Origin: a virus
Reading direction: 5' to 3' (one strand)
IMG/VR virus record: IMGVR_UViG_3300045988_153208
DNA length: 64,000 nucleotides
In this document: one piece after another, positions 48,372-60,030 of the stretch
How positions within the stretch are numbered: the first letter of the stretch is position 1
Layout of the letters: every line of letters begins with the position of its first letter
Program-made: the position numbers and the translations under genes
The notes under the pieces: generated by a model
What the model was told of the DNA's origin: nothing
Seen by the model: only the letters and a program-made list of their open reading frames with translations
Databases searched by the model: none

Positions 48372-49622
48372 TAAAAACAAGACAATTCTATGATACCTGT
48401 AGCCTGCTTCTGAGAGCGGGGAATTTGTTTGATGAACCAGAAGATTTTATTATTTCTTCAATTACATTACAAGAATTGGAAAATATAAAAACATCAACTA
48501 ATAAAGATGATAATGTAAAATTTTCAGCTCGTCAACTTCTCCACGATTTAGATGAGCATTTTGGTCAATATTTAATTATTAATTACCAAAATACATATGC
48601 TCAAAATATAACACAAAGAGATTTTGAATTAACTAATGATACAAAAATTCTGAGTTGTTATTTGGAATGTGTGCGACTATTTCCAGAAGAAAAAATAGTA
48701 TTTATTACTAATGACTTAGCCTTAAAAAGTATCGCACGAGTATTTACTTCTAATGTCCAATCATTAGAAGAAGATAAACCCGATGACTATACTGGATATA
48801 AAGAAATTACCATGTCTGATGACTGTATGGGTGATTTTTATACAAATCCAAGTGAAAATGAATGGAATCTTCAAATTGGTGAATATATCCTTGTTAAAAA
48901 CACAGAAGGAGAAATTGTTGACCGTTTATGTTGGAATGGCGAATATTATCGACATTTAGATTATAAATCATTTAATTCACGATGGTTCGGCGAAGTCAAA
49001 CCAATTAAAGGAGACGCTTATCAATAGCTCGCTTGTGATAGTTTAGTAAACAATAGAATTACTATGTTAAAAGGTCCAGCAGGAACAGGTAAAACTTATC
49101 TTGCTCTTGGATTTTTACTTCATATGCTTGACCGCGGCCAAATTGATAAAGTTATTATTTTCTGTAATACTGTAGCAACTAAAAATTCTGCTAAATTAGG
49201 TTTTTATCCCGGTAGTCGAGATGAAAAACTTCTTGATTCTCAAATCGGCAATCTATTAATTAGTAAATTAGGAGATAGAATTGCTGTTGAAGAATTGATG
49301 AATCGTGAAAAATTAATTCTATTACCCATGTCAGATATTAGAGGTTATGATACTACTGGTATGAATGCTGGCATTTATATTTCAGAAGCTCAAAATCTTG
49401 ATATTACTCTAATGAAATTAGCTTTACAGCGTATTGGTGAAGACAGCATTTGTATCATTGATGGCGATGCTTAGACCTAGGTTGATGACATGCATTTTGC
49501 TGGCGCAAATAATGGTATGCGTAGAGCATCTAAGATATTTAGAGGTAGCGATGTATATGGTGAAGTAGAATTAAAAACAATTCATCGTAGTAAAATTGCA
49601 GAAATTGCTCAAAAAATGTAAT
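48368..49622 (+). CDS. phoH: PIN-domain + PhoH-like ATPase (3 in-frame TAGs)
   Basis: GPAGTGKTYLALG Walker A; IYISEAQNL; IIDGDA-T-VDD corresponds to the PhoH GDxTQ(I/V)D motif with TAG at the Q; merges ORFs 48368-49027 and 49064-49474. Confidence 0.7.
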
Positions 49623-49632
49623 AAGCCAATTT

Positions 49633-49662
49633 AGAGGCGCTCTTCGGAGCGTCTCTTTTTAT
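49633..49662 (+). terminator. Rho-independent terminator
   Basis: AGAGGCGCTC-TTCG-GAGCGTCTCT + T5. Confidence 0.7.
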
Positions 49663-49692
49663 ATATAATTTTTTAAAGAGAGGAATGATTAA

Positions 49693-51531
49693 ATGACTGC
49701 TATTGAAAAAGCTTGGCGTGAATACGTCGTTTATTTAGCACAGTCATATATTGGATGCAAAGAATCTGATGGTAGTCATAAAAAAATTGTAGATTTATAC
49801 AATTCTCATAAACCATTAGCTCGTAGTTATACATTAAAATATACTGACTCTTGGTGTTCTGGATTTGCGTCTGCTATAGCGATTAAAGCTGGATTAACAG
49901 ATATTATTCCAACAGAAGTAGGATGCGAAAAACATGTTCAATTATTCAAAAATCATCCTATTAGTAAATGGGAAGAAGATGGAACTAAGGCTCCCGAACC
50001 TGGTGATTATATTTTTTATAATTGGGATAAGTCTAGTCAACCCAATGATGGTTCTGCCGACCATGTTGGTATTGTAGAACGAGTAAATAATAATGTAATT
50101 ACTACTATTGAAGGAAATTATAGTGATAGTGTTAAACGTAGAACTTTAATCGTTGGCGCTGGAAACATTCGTGGTTATGGACGTCCAGCATATTGGACTT
50201 TAAAAACTATGCCACCATCATATGAACGTGATACTTCTGCAACTTCTACAACCGCTTTACTTAAACGCGGAGATAGAAATGACGCTGTGCGTGCTTTACA
50301 AAATAATTTAATTTCTCTGGGTTATTCTTGCGGTTCTGCGGGAGCTGATGGAGATTTTGGTTCTGGGACTGAAGCAGCAGTTCGCTCTTTCTAGTCTAAA
50401 AATGGCTTAACTGTTGATGGAATCGCTGGACCAGCCACTCTAACAGCAATTCGAACCGCATTGAAAAAAGCTTCACAGCCTACAATGACAAGTAAATTAA
50501 AATATACAGATAGCAACCCTCCATTTGTTTGTATGTAGAAAAATAGCACTTGTTATAAAGGCACAAGTAAAATGCAGATTAAAGGAGTTTTATGGCATAG
50601 CACCGGTGCTAATAACACTTGGTTAAAACGTTATGTTTAGCCTTATGAAGGCGATTCTGGTTATAATGAAGCAATAGCAAAATTAGGTAAAAATGTAAAT
50701 AAAAATGACTGGAATCACATTACCCGTCAAGCTGGATTAAATGCTTGGGTAGGTAGAATGAGTGATGGTATTGTTGGATGTGTTCAAACAATGCCTTGGG
50801 ATTATCGTCCTTGGGGCTGTGGTAGTGGACCAAAAGGCTCTTGTAATGATGGCTGGATTCAATTCGAAATTTGTGAAGATGGTCTAGCTAATGAAACTTA
50901 TTTAAAGCAAGTGTATGAGGAAGCTTGCCAATTAACAGCCTACTTGTGTAAAAAATATAATATTGACCCAAATGGCACAGTTAATTTTAAAGGTGTAAAT
51001 GTTCCTACAATTCTTTGTCATGCTGATAGTAATGCTTTAGGCTTAGGTTCAAATCATGGTGATATTAACCATTGGTTCCCCAAATTTGGTAAATCAATGG
51101 CAACAGTTCGTGCTGATGTGGCTAAATTAATAAATACTACTTCTTCATCTACTCCATCAAATACTCCTAACTCATCTACCACTAAAGTTCAATTATATCG
51201 TATCCGTAAAACTTGGACTGATAGTAAAACTCAAATGGGAGCATATAGTTCATTAGAAAATGCTAAAAATGCTTGCGATAAATTAGGGGGAGATTATAAA
51301 ATATTTGACGCTGAAGGTAAAATAATTTATACTCCAGCCAAACCATTTACCCCATATATAGTTCGTGTTAATGTTGAAAAATTAAATGTCCGCGCTCAAC
51401 CAAATAATACTAGTAAAGTAGTAATGGTTTTAAATAAGGGTGCTTATACTATAGTTGAAGAGAAAAATGGATTCGGTAAGCTAAAAAGTGGCGCCGGATG
51501 GATTAATCTTGCCTATACAACTAAGAAATAA
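49693..51531 (+). CDS. Endolysin: CHAP + PG_binding_1 + amidase_2 (PGRP-like) + C-terminal SH3-like domain (3 in-frame TAGs)
   Basis: YIGCKESDGS...C...H (CHAP); LKRGDRNDAVRALQNNLISLGY...DGDFGSGTEAAVRSF-SKNGLTVDGIAGPATL (PG_binding_1, TAG at conserved Q); WHSTGANNTW (amidase_2); merges ORFs 49693-50394 and 50758-51531. Confidence 0.75.
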
Positions 51532-51533
51532 TT

Positions 51534-51905
51534 ATGGCTAAAAAAGATATGCGTTAGAAGAAAAAAGAATTTTCAAAAACCTTACTAATACAAGAATCTA
51601 TATTAATATGGATAACTACCATATGTTTTATTGTATTGGCGTTTTATTGTGTAATAAAATAGTATTTTGGTGAATTACCTTGGCTTACCGCTATGGCAGC
51701 ATTCCCTTGGAGTGCGTATGGTGTGAGTCAAGTATTTTATTATAAAAAAGCCGCGTTAGAAAATACAAAGGATGGTGTTAAATTTGAAAGTATTATACGA
51801 AGTATCGATAATGCTTATGCTAATACAACCTATCCTCATCAAGATGTTTCAACCGATGATATAATTAATGAGTTTTCTGGAAATTCTCAAGATCCAGTTG
51901 GATAA
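51534..51905 (+). CDS. Holin-like membrane protein (2 in-frame TAGs)
   Basis: TM segment LLIQESILIWITTICFIVLAFYCVI immediately downstream of endolysin. Confidence 0.45.
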
Positions 51906-51914
51906 TCTATTTAC

Positions 51915-51953
51915 AGGGTTAGCGAATTAATTCGCTAACCCTTATTTTTTTTA
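51915..51953 (+). terminator. Rho-independent terminator
   Basis: AGGGTTAGCGAATT/AATTCGCTAACCCT + T8. Confidence 0.7.
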
Positions 51954-52005
51954 TTTGCTATTTTTTAATTTATTTGTTATAATATAATTAAATTAATAAA
52001 GGAGT

Positions 52006-53064
52006 ATGATTTTTATGAGTTATACAGCTTCTGAGATTGATTTTATTATTAAAACCAGAATAGAACATGGTGAAACTGTTTATAATTTAGCTACTGGCGA
52101 CCCTAATTATCCAGTCCCGCCTCGAATCATGGGTGGACTGTCATATGCTATGAATATGGGTATCCATAATTATAGTCCAGTAGCAGGATATCAAAGTCTG
52201 CGTCAAAAAATTTATCCAAGCCATCCAACTCGTATTATTATTGGAAATGGTGCTAAAGAACTTATTAATCTTGCTATTCAAGCAACAAAAAAAGATACTG
52301 AAAAAAACGAATATATTGTATGTGGCCCCACTTGGTCATGTTATACAGATATGATTCATAATTCTGGTAGTATGGTTAGATATATTGATTTATCTGACTT
52401 CACTAAAATTTTACAAAAAATTTCTAATTTTGTCAATCCGAATACGCGAGCAATTGTGCTAAACAATCCGAATAACCCAACAGGAAAAATTTATGACCCG
52501 TCTACCATCCGACGTCTTGCAGATATGGCTGAAGAAAATAATTTTTATCTTATTGTAGATGAAGTTTATGAAGATTTTATTTATGATAAAGAAAAAACCA
52601 GTTATATGTCAGCCCAAATGTGGCCTAACACTATTGTAATTAAAAGTTTTTCTAAAAAATATTCTCTAACTGGTTGGCGTTTTGGATACGCAATTTGTGG
52701 TAATAGTATGATTGCATCTAAAATGATTTATATTAAATCTAATACTATTGGACCTCCCAATTCTCTTATCCAAAAGGCAGTTGAATATAATTGGGATAAT
52801 GTTATTGATAATAGAATTATTGATTATAAGGCGCGTAGAGATTATTTAGCGGAATCATGCGGTTGGAAAGCTCCTGATGCGGGACTGTATTTTTGTGTCC
52901 CTGTAAAGGATTTTGACAAAACATTTAAAGAATTGGCAGAACATGATATTTATATTCTCTCTGGAGAGAATTATAATATGCCTGGTTATGCGCGGATTTC
53001 ATTCGCGAATACCTCGCTCGATGACTTAAAGAAAATTCAACCAATTTTAGCCACGATTTCTTGA
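52006..53064 (+). CDS. Class I/II PLP-dependent aminotransferase
   Basis: NPNNPTGKIYD; SFSKKYSLTGWRFGY (PLP-Lys region). Confidence 0.7.
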   Translation: MIFMSYTASEIDFIIKTRIEHGETVYNLATGDPNYPVPPRIMGGLSYAMNMGIHNYSPVAGYQSLRQKIYPSHPTRIIIGNGAKELINLAIQATKKDTEKNEYIVCGPTWSCYTDMIHNSGSMVRYIDLSDFTKILQKISNFVNPNTRAIVLNNPNNPTGKIYDPSTIRRLADMAEENNFYLIVDEVYEDFIYDKEKTSYMSAQMWPNTIVIKSFSKKYSLTGWRFGYAICGNSMIASKMIYIKSNTIGPPNSLIQKAVEYNWDNVIDNRIIDYKARRDYLAESCGWKAPDAGLYFCVPVKDFDKTFKELAEHDIYILSGENYNMPGYARISFANTSLDDLKKIQPILATIS

Positions 53065-53110
53065 CAATTCTAAAAATTTTTGATATAATATAAATATATA
53101 AAGAAAAAGT
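53061..53110 (+). promoter_or_regulatory. Conserved promoter motif copy
   Basis: TTGACA 53061-53066, TATAAT 53084-53089. Confidence 0.5.
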
Positions 53111-53144
53111 ATAAAAAAGAAATAATTGGAAGGAGATTTAATAA

Positions 53145-55040
53145 ATGTCTGATTATGGCGTAAAAGACATAAAAACGCTTGAAGGCATTGAAGCTATCCG
53201 ACTTAGACCAGGTATGTATATTGGTTCAGTCGGGCCTGATGGTGTAAGACATATTACCCTTGAAATTATTTCCAATGCTGTCGATGAATACTTAAATGGT
53301 CATTGTACTGAATGTAATATTACTGTTAATAAAGATGGTGATATTGAAGTTAAAGATAATGGTCGTGGTGTTCCATTCGGTAAAGCAAAAGATGGTAGTG
53401 AAACATTAGTAAATGTTTATACGAAACTACACACTGGTGCTAAATTCGATAGTAATGGAAAAACTGGATATAATACATCTGGTGGTATGAATGGCGTCGG
53501 TGCAAAGGCAACTAACGCATTATCTGAACAATTTCAAGTTGTTTCATTTAGAGATGAAAAAAAGGCTACTGCTTCATTTAAATGCGGTAAATTAATTAAT
53601 TATAAAGAAGAAAAATATAATAATAAAAATACAGGAACTTGGGTAAAATTCCGTCCAGATGCAACTATCTTCAAGGAAGGTATTAAGCTTGATTATGATG
53701 CTCTGAAAAAGCAAATTCAAGAATTAGCCTATTTGTCTCCTGGAATGCTCTTCACATTAAAATTTGAAGATAAGCCAGAAGAAATTATTAGTTCCAAGAA
53801 TGGTATTTTAGATTATATTAAAGATTTAAATAATAAAAAAACTACTCTTACTTCTGTATTTTATACTGAGAATACAGAAGATAGAATTGGTGTAAAAATC
53901 GCACTTCAATATAATGATACTTATAGCGATACTTATAAACTCTATACCAATTCTATTCCTAATAGTGGCGGAACTCATTTGACTGGGTTTAGAACAGCAT
54001 TAACAACATCAATCAATGATTATGCCCGTGAAAAAGGGCTCTTAAAAGATAAAGATGCTAATATTACTGGCGAAGAATTGAAAGAGGGATTAACTCTAGT
54101 TCTCTCATTCATTATGCCAGACCCAGTATTTTCAGGCCAGACTAAAGATGTTCTATCAAGTAGCGAAGCACGCACAATGGTTCAACGTCTTGTTTCTAAA
54201 GATTTAAAAGTTTGGCTAATGTCAAATGAAAAAGATGCTAAAGCTATTGTTGATAAAGCACTATTGGCACGAGCCGCGAGAGAAAAAGCAAAGAAAGCTA
54301 AAGAGACAGTCCGTAAAGCTGACACAAAGAAGCGTGCTATGCTTCCTGGTATCCTAAGTGATGCCAATAGTAAAGATAGAAAAAATTGTGAAGTGTTTAT
54401 CGTTGAGGGTAAATCTGCTGAAGGACCAGCAAAAAATGCTCGAAATCGTAATACATAGGCGGTTTTACCCCTAAAAGGTAAGATTATTAACACCTTAAAA
54501 GCGGATTTACATAAAGCATTAAGTAATAATGAAATCAGTGCTATGATTGATGCATTTGGATTGGAAGTTCAAAATGGCAAAGTTATTGTCGATGAATCTA
54601 AATTGCGTTATGGCAAAATTATTATTACCGCAGATGCTGATGTTGATGGTAGCCATATTCGTGTCTTATTTTTGACATTTATTTGGAAATTTGCACCTGA
54701 GCTTCTGGAAAAAGGTTATATTTATACTGCCGTGCCTCCATTGTTTAAAGCTACTTGGGGCACTAATATTAAGTATTTAAAAGATGAACGAGCATTAACA
54801 GAATTTCGCAGTTCAATGAATCGTCAATTTGAGTTAGGACGAATGAAAGGTCTTGGTGAAATGGACGTTCATGAGATGGAAGAAACTGTTATGAATCCAG
54901 AAACTCGCACTTTAAAGCAAATTACTATGGAAGATGCAGAACAAGTAGCAACTACATTTATTAGTTTAATGGGTGAAGCAGTCGGTCCTCGTAAGGCATT
55001 TATTGAGAAATATGCAGAAAGGGCTAATGTCGATGTGTGA
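53145..55040 (+). CDS. Type II DNA topoisomerase ATPase subunit (GyrB/T4 gp39-like), one in-frame TAG at 54456
   Basis: GHKL ATPase N-term (LRPGMYIGS...), TOPRIM; NRNT-AVLPLKGKIINT matches GyrB QAILPLKGKILN with TAG at the Q; merges ORFs 53145-54458 and 54543-55040. Confidence 0.75.
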
Positions 55041-55257
55041 GAATATTAAAGTTAATGTAGTTAATTTATATCCTGGTGATATTATTGTTGCTCATTTAGG
55101 TAAAGATGTTAGTGTAGATGAAGCACGTGAAATTCATTAGGCGTTAAATAAACTATTCCCAAATAATACAGTAAATGTAATTAATAATTATTTTGTTAAA
55201 GAGTTCACAATATTCTCTGATCATGACCAAAATCCATTTTTAAGAGGTGTTCTATGA
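55033..55257 (+). CDS. Small hypothetical protein (one TAG)
   Basis: MCENIKVNVVNLYPGDIIVAHLGKDVSVDEAREIH-ALNKLFPNN... Confidence 0.3.
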
Positions 55258-55709
55258 GTTATATTATTTATACTGATGGTTCTTGTCGAAAAAATGGTAC
55301 AAAAAATAGCTCAGGAGGATTTGGCGTTGTAATTACTAAAGATAATGAATTGATAGCCACATATCGTAAAGATTGTGAAACTACTACAACAAATAATCGT
55401 GAAGAGTTAAAAGCAATTTTATATGCATTTTCTGAATATGGTAAATATAATCCAATTGTATATAGTGATTCTGCTTATTGTGTTAATGCGATTAATACTT
55501 GGATGTGGAATTGGAAAACATTTAATTGGATAAAGAAAACAGATAACAAAGCTCCAGAAAATGTTGATTTATTTAAAGCATTTGACAGTTTATATAATAT
55601 TGGATTAAAAATGGATTTAAGAAAAATTTCAGGACATTCAGGACATAAGTGGAATGAATTAGCTGATAGATTGGCTACTGGAGAGGAGGAAGCTACAATT
55701 GGAAAATAA
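55254..55709 (+). CDS. rnhA: Ribonuclease H
   Basis: MSYIIYTDGSCRKNG...YSDSAYCVNAINTWM...GHSGHKWNELADRLA. Confidence 0.75.
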   Translation: MSYIIYTDGSCRKNGTKNSSGGFGVVITKDNELIATYRKDCETTTTNNREELKAILYAFSEYGKYNPIVYSDSAYCVNAINTWMWNWKTFNWIKKTDNKAPENVDLFKAFDSLYNIGLKMDLRKISGHSGHKWNELADRLATGEEEATIGK

Positions 55710-58080
55710 TATTATTCAAACACCGATTATCCATGAAGTTGAACAATCATTTTTAGATTATAGTGTTAGTGTAATTACAGACCGTGCAATTCCTTCTGCT
55801 GAGGATGGATTAAAACCAGTAGCAAGACGAATTTTATATGATATGTTCGATAAAGGATACGCATATAATAAAAAATTCGTTAAGTGCGCGCAACCAGTAG
55901 GTGATACGATGGGTCGTTTTCATCCTCATGGTGATAGTTCTATTTATGGAGCATTGTGTATTTTAAGCCAACCTTGGACAATGCGCTATCCTCCTATTGC
56001 ATTTCATGGAAATAATGGTTCTCGTGATGGCGCACAAGAAGCAGCTTATCGTTATACAGAATGTAAACTATCTCCTATTGGGGAGGAAATGTTAGCAGAT
56101 ATTAAAAAAAATACAGTTGATTGGCAACTTGCTTATACCGATGTAGAAGACGAACCAGTATATTTACCTGGTCGCATCCCTCATTTGATGGTAAATGGCA
56201 CTACTGGTATTGCAGTTGCTATGGCTTGTTCATTTGCTCCTCATAATTTAACTGAAATTATGGATGCTATTATTTGCGACTTAGATAAGCCTGATTGTTC
56301 TATTGATGATTTGCTCCAATACGTTAAAGGGCCAGATTTCCCTACTGGAGCAACGTTAATTAATAAAGACGAATTACGTAGTGCCTATATGACCGGTAAA
56401 GGTCGTGCTCGCGTAAGAGCTGATTATACTATTGAAAGTAAAAATGGTTATGATACTATTGTATTTACTTCAATGCCATATAAAGTATCAAAAGATGATT
56501 TAATTATTGAAGTTGATAAATTATGTGAAGTAGGTAAACTTGATGGTATTGTAGCAGTTCGAGATGAAAGTAATAAGGATGGCGTTCGTTTTGTTATTGA
56601 ATTAGCGAAAGGGACTGCAATCAATCCTATTATTAATAAATTATATAAATTAACTCGACTTGAAGATACATATAGTTTTAATCAAGTGGCTCTGGTTAAT
56701 AAAAAACCTAAATTATTGAATCTTAAAGAATTAATTGAGATTTATATTGACCATCAAAAAGATGTTTTACTTCGTAAAACCAAATATGATTCTGATAAAA
56801 TTGCTTCTAAAATTCATATTTTAGAAGGATTGTTAATCGCATTAGAAGATATTGATAATGTAATTAAATTAATTAAACAATCTGAATCTTCTGCCGCTGC
56901 CAAAATTTCATTAGTAGAAAAATATAATCTCTCTGAAGCTCAAGCTAAAGCTATTCTTGATATGAAATTAGCACGTTTGGCAAAATTAGAGAAAGTTCAA
57001 ATTAATACTGAAAAAGAAGAATTAGTAGCAGAATTTAATAGATTAGCGTTAATTCTCAAAGACCCAACAGATGAATTAAGAAAAATTTTTATTGAGATTA
57101 AAAATAAATATGGTGATGAACGCAGAACTGTTATTACTCAAATTGAAGCAACTCCAAAAGAAGACGAGGAAATTGCCGAAGTTGAACCTGAAAAATGTGT
57201 TGTAGTAATGACAGAAGGTGGAACTATTAAACGTATTCCTACCGCATCATTCCGCACCCAAAAGAAAAATGGTAAAGGTGTAAAATCACAAGATGATATT
57301 ACTTCTTGTGTATTGCGAACCAATACTATTGACTCTCTTATGATTTTCTCTAATAAAGGTTTAATGTATCGTCTATTGGTTAATGATATTCCAGTAGGAA
57401 CAAATACATCACAGGGTCTATCAATTCGCGCATTGGTGAACATGATGCCTAATGAAGAGCCTGCTACAATGTATTCAATCTATAGGGATACTGATGCCAA
57501 ATTTGTATTATTTGTAAGTAAAAACGGTCTAGTTAAGAAGACTCCTTTGGAAGAATATGTAAAAACTAAAAAGAAAACTGGTATTGCCGCTGTTTCAATT
57601 AAAGAGGGAGATAAACTCGCTTTAGTTTCTCTGATTAAAGATGAAGAGCTTCTATTAATTACTAAAAAAGGTAATGTTATTAGATTTAATTCTAGTGAAA
57701 TTGGACCTACTTCTCGTGCGTCCTACGGCGTAAAAGGTATTAGTCTCAATGAAGGCGATGAAATTGTTAGCGCATTACCAATTCGTCATAACACGGATAC
57801 TTTAGCCATTTTCACCGAAAGTGGTAGTGGTAAAAAAGTTAGTTTGACTGAATTTCCCGCCCAAAAACGTGCTGGTAAGGGTATTGCAGGGTATAAGGCT
57901 AGCAATATAAGTGGTGATATTGTTGGAGCAACATTAGTTGCTGATGAAGATAATGTATTGATTGTTGGAGATAAATCAACAATTTGTGTATCTGCAAAGG
58001 ATATTCCTCTACAAAGTCGTTTATCTGTTGGTAATCAATTAATTCGTAATAGTCGCATTAAATCAATCACTAAAGTATAA
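55699..58080 (+). CDS. Type II DNA topoisomerase subunit A (GyrA/T4 gp52-like)
   Basis: HPHGDSSIYGALCILSQPWTMRYPPIAFHGNNGSRDGAQEAAYRYTECKLS. Confidence 0.8.
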   Translation: MENNIIQTPIIHEVEQSFLDYSVSVITDRAIPSAEDGLKPVARRILYDMFDKGYAYNKKFVKCAQPVGDTMGRFHPHGDSSIYGALCILSQPWTMRYPPIAFHGNNGSRDGAQEAAYRYTECKLSPIGEEMLADIKKNTVDWQLAYTDVEDEPVYLPGRIPHLMVNGTTGIAVAMACSFAPHNLTEIMDAIICDLDKPDCSIDDLLQYVKGPDFPTGATLINKDELRSAYMTGKGRARVRADYTIESKNGYDTIVFTSMPYKVSKDDLIIEVDKLCEVGKLDGIVAVRDESNKDGVRFVIELAKGTAINPIINKLYKLTRLEDTYSFNQVALVNKKPKLLNLKELIEIYIDHQKDVLLRKTKYDSDKIASKIHILEGLLIALEDIDNVIKLIKQSESSAAAKISLVEKYNLSEAQAKAILDMKLARLAKLEKVQINTEKEELVAEFNRLALILKDPTDELRKIFIEIKNKYGDERRTVITQIEATPKEDEEIAEVEPEKCVVVMTEGGTIKRIPTASFRTQKKNGKGVKSQDDITSCVLRTNTIDSLMIFSNKGLMYRLLVNDIPVGTNTSQGLSIRALVNMMPNEEPATMYSIYRDTDAKFVLFVSKNGLVKKTPLEEYVKTKKKTGIAAVSIKEGDKLALVSLIKDEELLLITKKGNVIRFNSSEIGPTSRASYGVKGISLNEGDEIVSALPIRHNTDTLAIFTESGSGKKVSLTEFPAQKRAGKGIAGYKASNISGDIVGATLVADEDNVLIVGDKSTICVSAKDIPLQSRLSVGNQLIRNSRIKSITKV

Positions 58081-58083
58081 TTA

Positions 58084-58118
58084 AGTTGAGGAGTTTAGGC
58101 TCCTCAACTTGTTTTTTT
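58084..58118 (+). terminator. Rho-independent terminator
   Basis: GTTGAGGAG-TTTAGG-CTCCTCAAC + T7. Confidence 0.7.
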
Positions 58119-58167
58119 AGAAAAAAAATTATATAATATGTATATAAGATAAAAGAAGGAGAAAATA

Positions 58168-59379
58168 ATGAGTTTTTCACAAGAATTAATTGATAAATTT
58201 GCCCCTGAAGCGCAATGTATTCAGGCGATGAAAATCTGGAAACTTCCAGACGGGAAAGAAAATATGTTCCCGCAAGTTTGTAATAGTGGCAATTATTTTG
58301 CAGAATTAAAGAAAGATGGTTATTGGTATCAATTTGAAAAAACTGAACATCATAGCTATTTATTTAGTCGCAATGTAAGTGCAAATACTGGTATTCTAAC
58401 TGAAAAACTTGATAATGTTCCTCATATTGCAGTAGCATTAGATTGTCTTCCTTCTGGAACTATCTTAATCGGAGAAATCTATTATCCAGGTAAAACGTCT
58501 AAAGATGTGACTAAAATTATGGGATGTTTAGCTCCTGAAGCGATTACACGTCAGCAGTCGTCCGGTCTAATTCATTATTATCTCCATGATGTAATTAGAT
58601 ATAATGGAGTCGATTTACAAGACAAGGGTGCTTGGACACGCTATCAGGTTCTTAAAGCAATCTGGGATAAATTTAATTTATCTCAATACCATTTTTTAGA
58701 ATTGGCTGAAGCACAAACTTCCAATATCCAAGAATTTACAGCCTCCGCATTGGATAAAGGTGAAGAAGGGGTCGTTCTTAAGAAGAAAGACGCTGTTTAT
58801 GTGCCAGATAAACGTCCGGCTTGGTCTTCAGTTAAAATTAAAAAAATGGATTTTATTGATTGCATTTGTATTGGGTTTGAGGATGCAACTAAATATTATG
58901 ACGGCAAAGAAATCCAGAGTTGGCAATATTGGGAAGTAAAAGAACCAAGTTTTTATGATTGTTTCGAAGAAGACCATTGTTTTGCTGGCTGGGTTAATCC
59001 TCAATTATTAAATGGTAATTATTATTATAAATACACTCAAAATCGTAGTAATGCAAATTAGGGACTTCAACTAATAGATGATAATGAGAGATATTATATG
59101 CCAGTTACCAAACCCTATTTTTATGGATGGAAGACATCTATGCGACTTGGAGCCTTGGATAATGAGGGTAAAATTGTAGAAATTGGAACGGTATCATCTG
59201 GATTAACTGATGATTTAAAGGCTGATTTCGCAAAAAATCCTGATAAGTATCTCAATCGTGTTGTTTCAATTCAATGTATGGAAAAAAATAATATTGACCA
59301 TACATTACGACATGGGTTCTTTAAATGTTTCAGGGATGATAAAAATTTTGAAGACTGCCTAATAGATACTATATTTTGA
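58168..59379 (+). CDS. lig: ATP-dependent DNA ligase (in-frame TAG at 59059 joins two ORFs)
   Basis: Motif I AELKKDGYW (KxDG); C-terminal OB-domain motif RHGFFKCFRDDK. Confidence 0.7.
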
Positions 59380-59629
59380 CTTTCCGAAAAAAATTGTATA
59401 TAATATGATTGTAAAAATTAAGGATGAAAATTTTTAAATGAAGCGTAAAGAACTAAAAAATCTCGCAAAAAAAATTGCTCAAGCGGAGCATATTGTTTAG
59501 ACAAGTGATAATCAAGATGAAATCCAACGGGCTCAAATGGAAATTATGACTCTATCGAGTCATGTTGATAGTCTTGATGATATTACAATCATCGACGAGA
59601 TGGTTCAGGAACTTCTTGCGACGTATTCT

Positions 59630-59680
59630 TGACAAAGAAAAAATTTTTTGATATAATATTTACACAAACTAAAAAAAAAT
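59630..59680 (+). promoter_or_regulatory. Conserved promoter motif copy
   Basis: TTGACA 59630-59635, TATAAT 59652-59657. Confidence 0.45.
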
Positions 59681-59711
59681 AATTATTTAATTTTAAGGAG
59701 AATTTATTATT

Positions 59712-59981
59712 ATGGCTATGAAAGAGAATTCTAAGAAGGTTCTAAATTATTTAAAGGAGATCAATGGTCAGAACGTGACTGCTGCTGATGTGGCTGACGC
59801 TCTGGGTTTTGAGAAGCGTTCTGTTGATGGTATTTTCACTTCCGCTATTCAGCGCAAGGGTTTGGGTATCCGTACTCCCGCTGAGATTGAGTTGGAGGAT
59901 GGTACTCATAAGCAGGTTAAGTTCCTGTCTCTAACTCCTGCTGGCATGAGCTTCGACCCCGATGCTCCTGACGCTGAGTAA
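59712..59981 (+). CDS. Small winged-helix-like protein (GC-richer, TAG-free)
   Basis: ORF track. Confidence 0.45.
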   Translation: MAMKENSKKVLNYLKEINGQNVTAADVADALGFEKRSVDGIFTSAIQRKGLGIRTPAEIELEDGTHKQVKFLSLTPAGMSFDPDAPDAE

Positions 59982-59996
59982 TTAATAATATAAAAT

Positions 59997-60023
59997 AAGG
60001 GGTAGATTTTTCTACCCCTTTTA
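59997..60023 (+). terminator. Rho-independent terminator
   Basis: AAGGGGTAGA-TTTT-TCTACCCCTT + T. Confidence 0.65.
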
Positions 60024-60030
60024 ATTTTAT

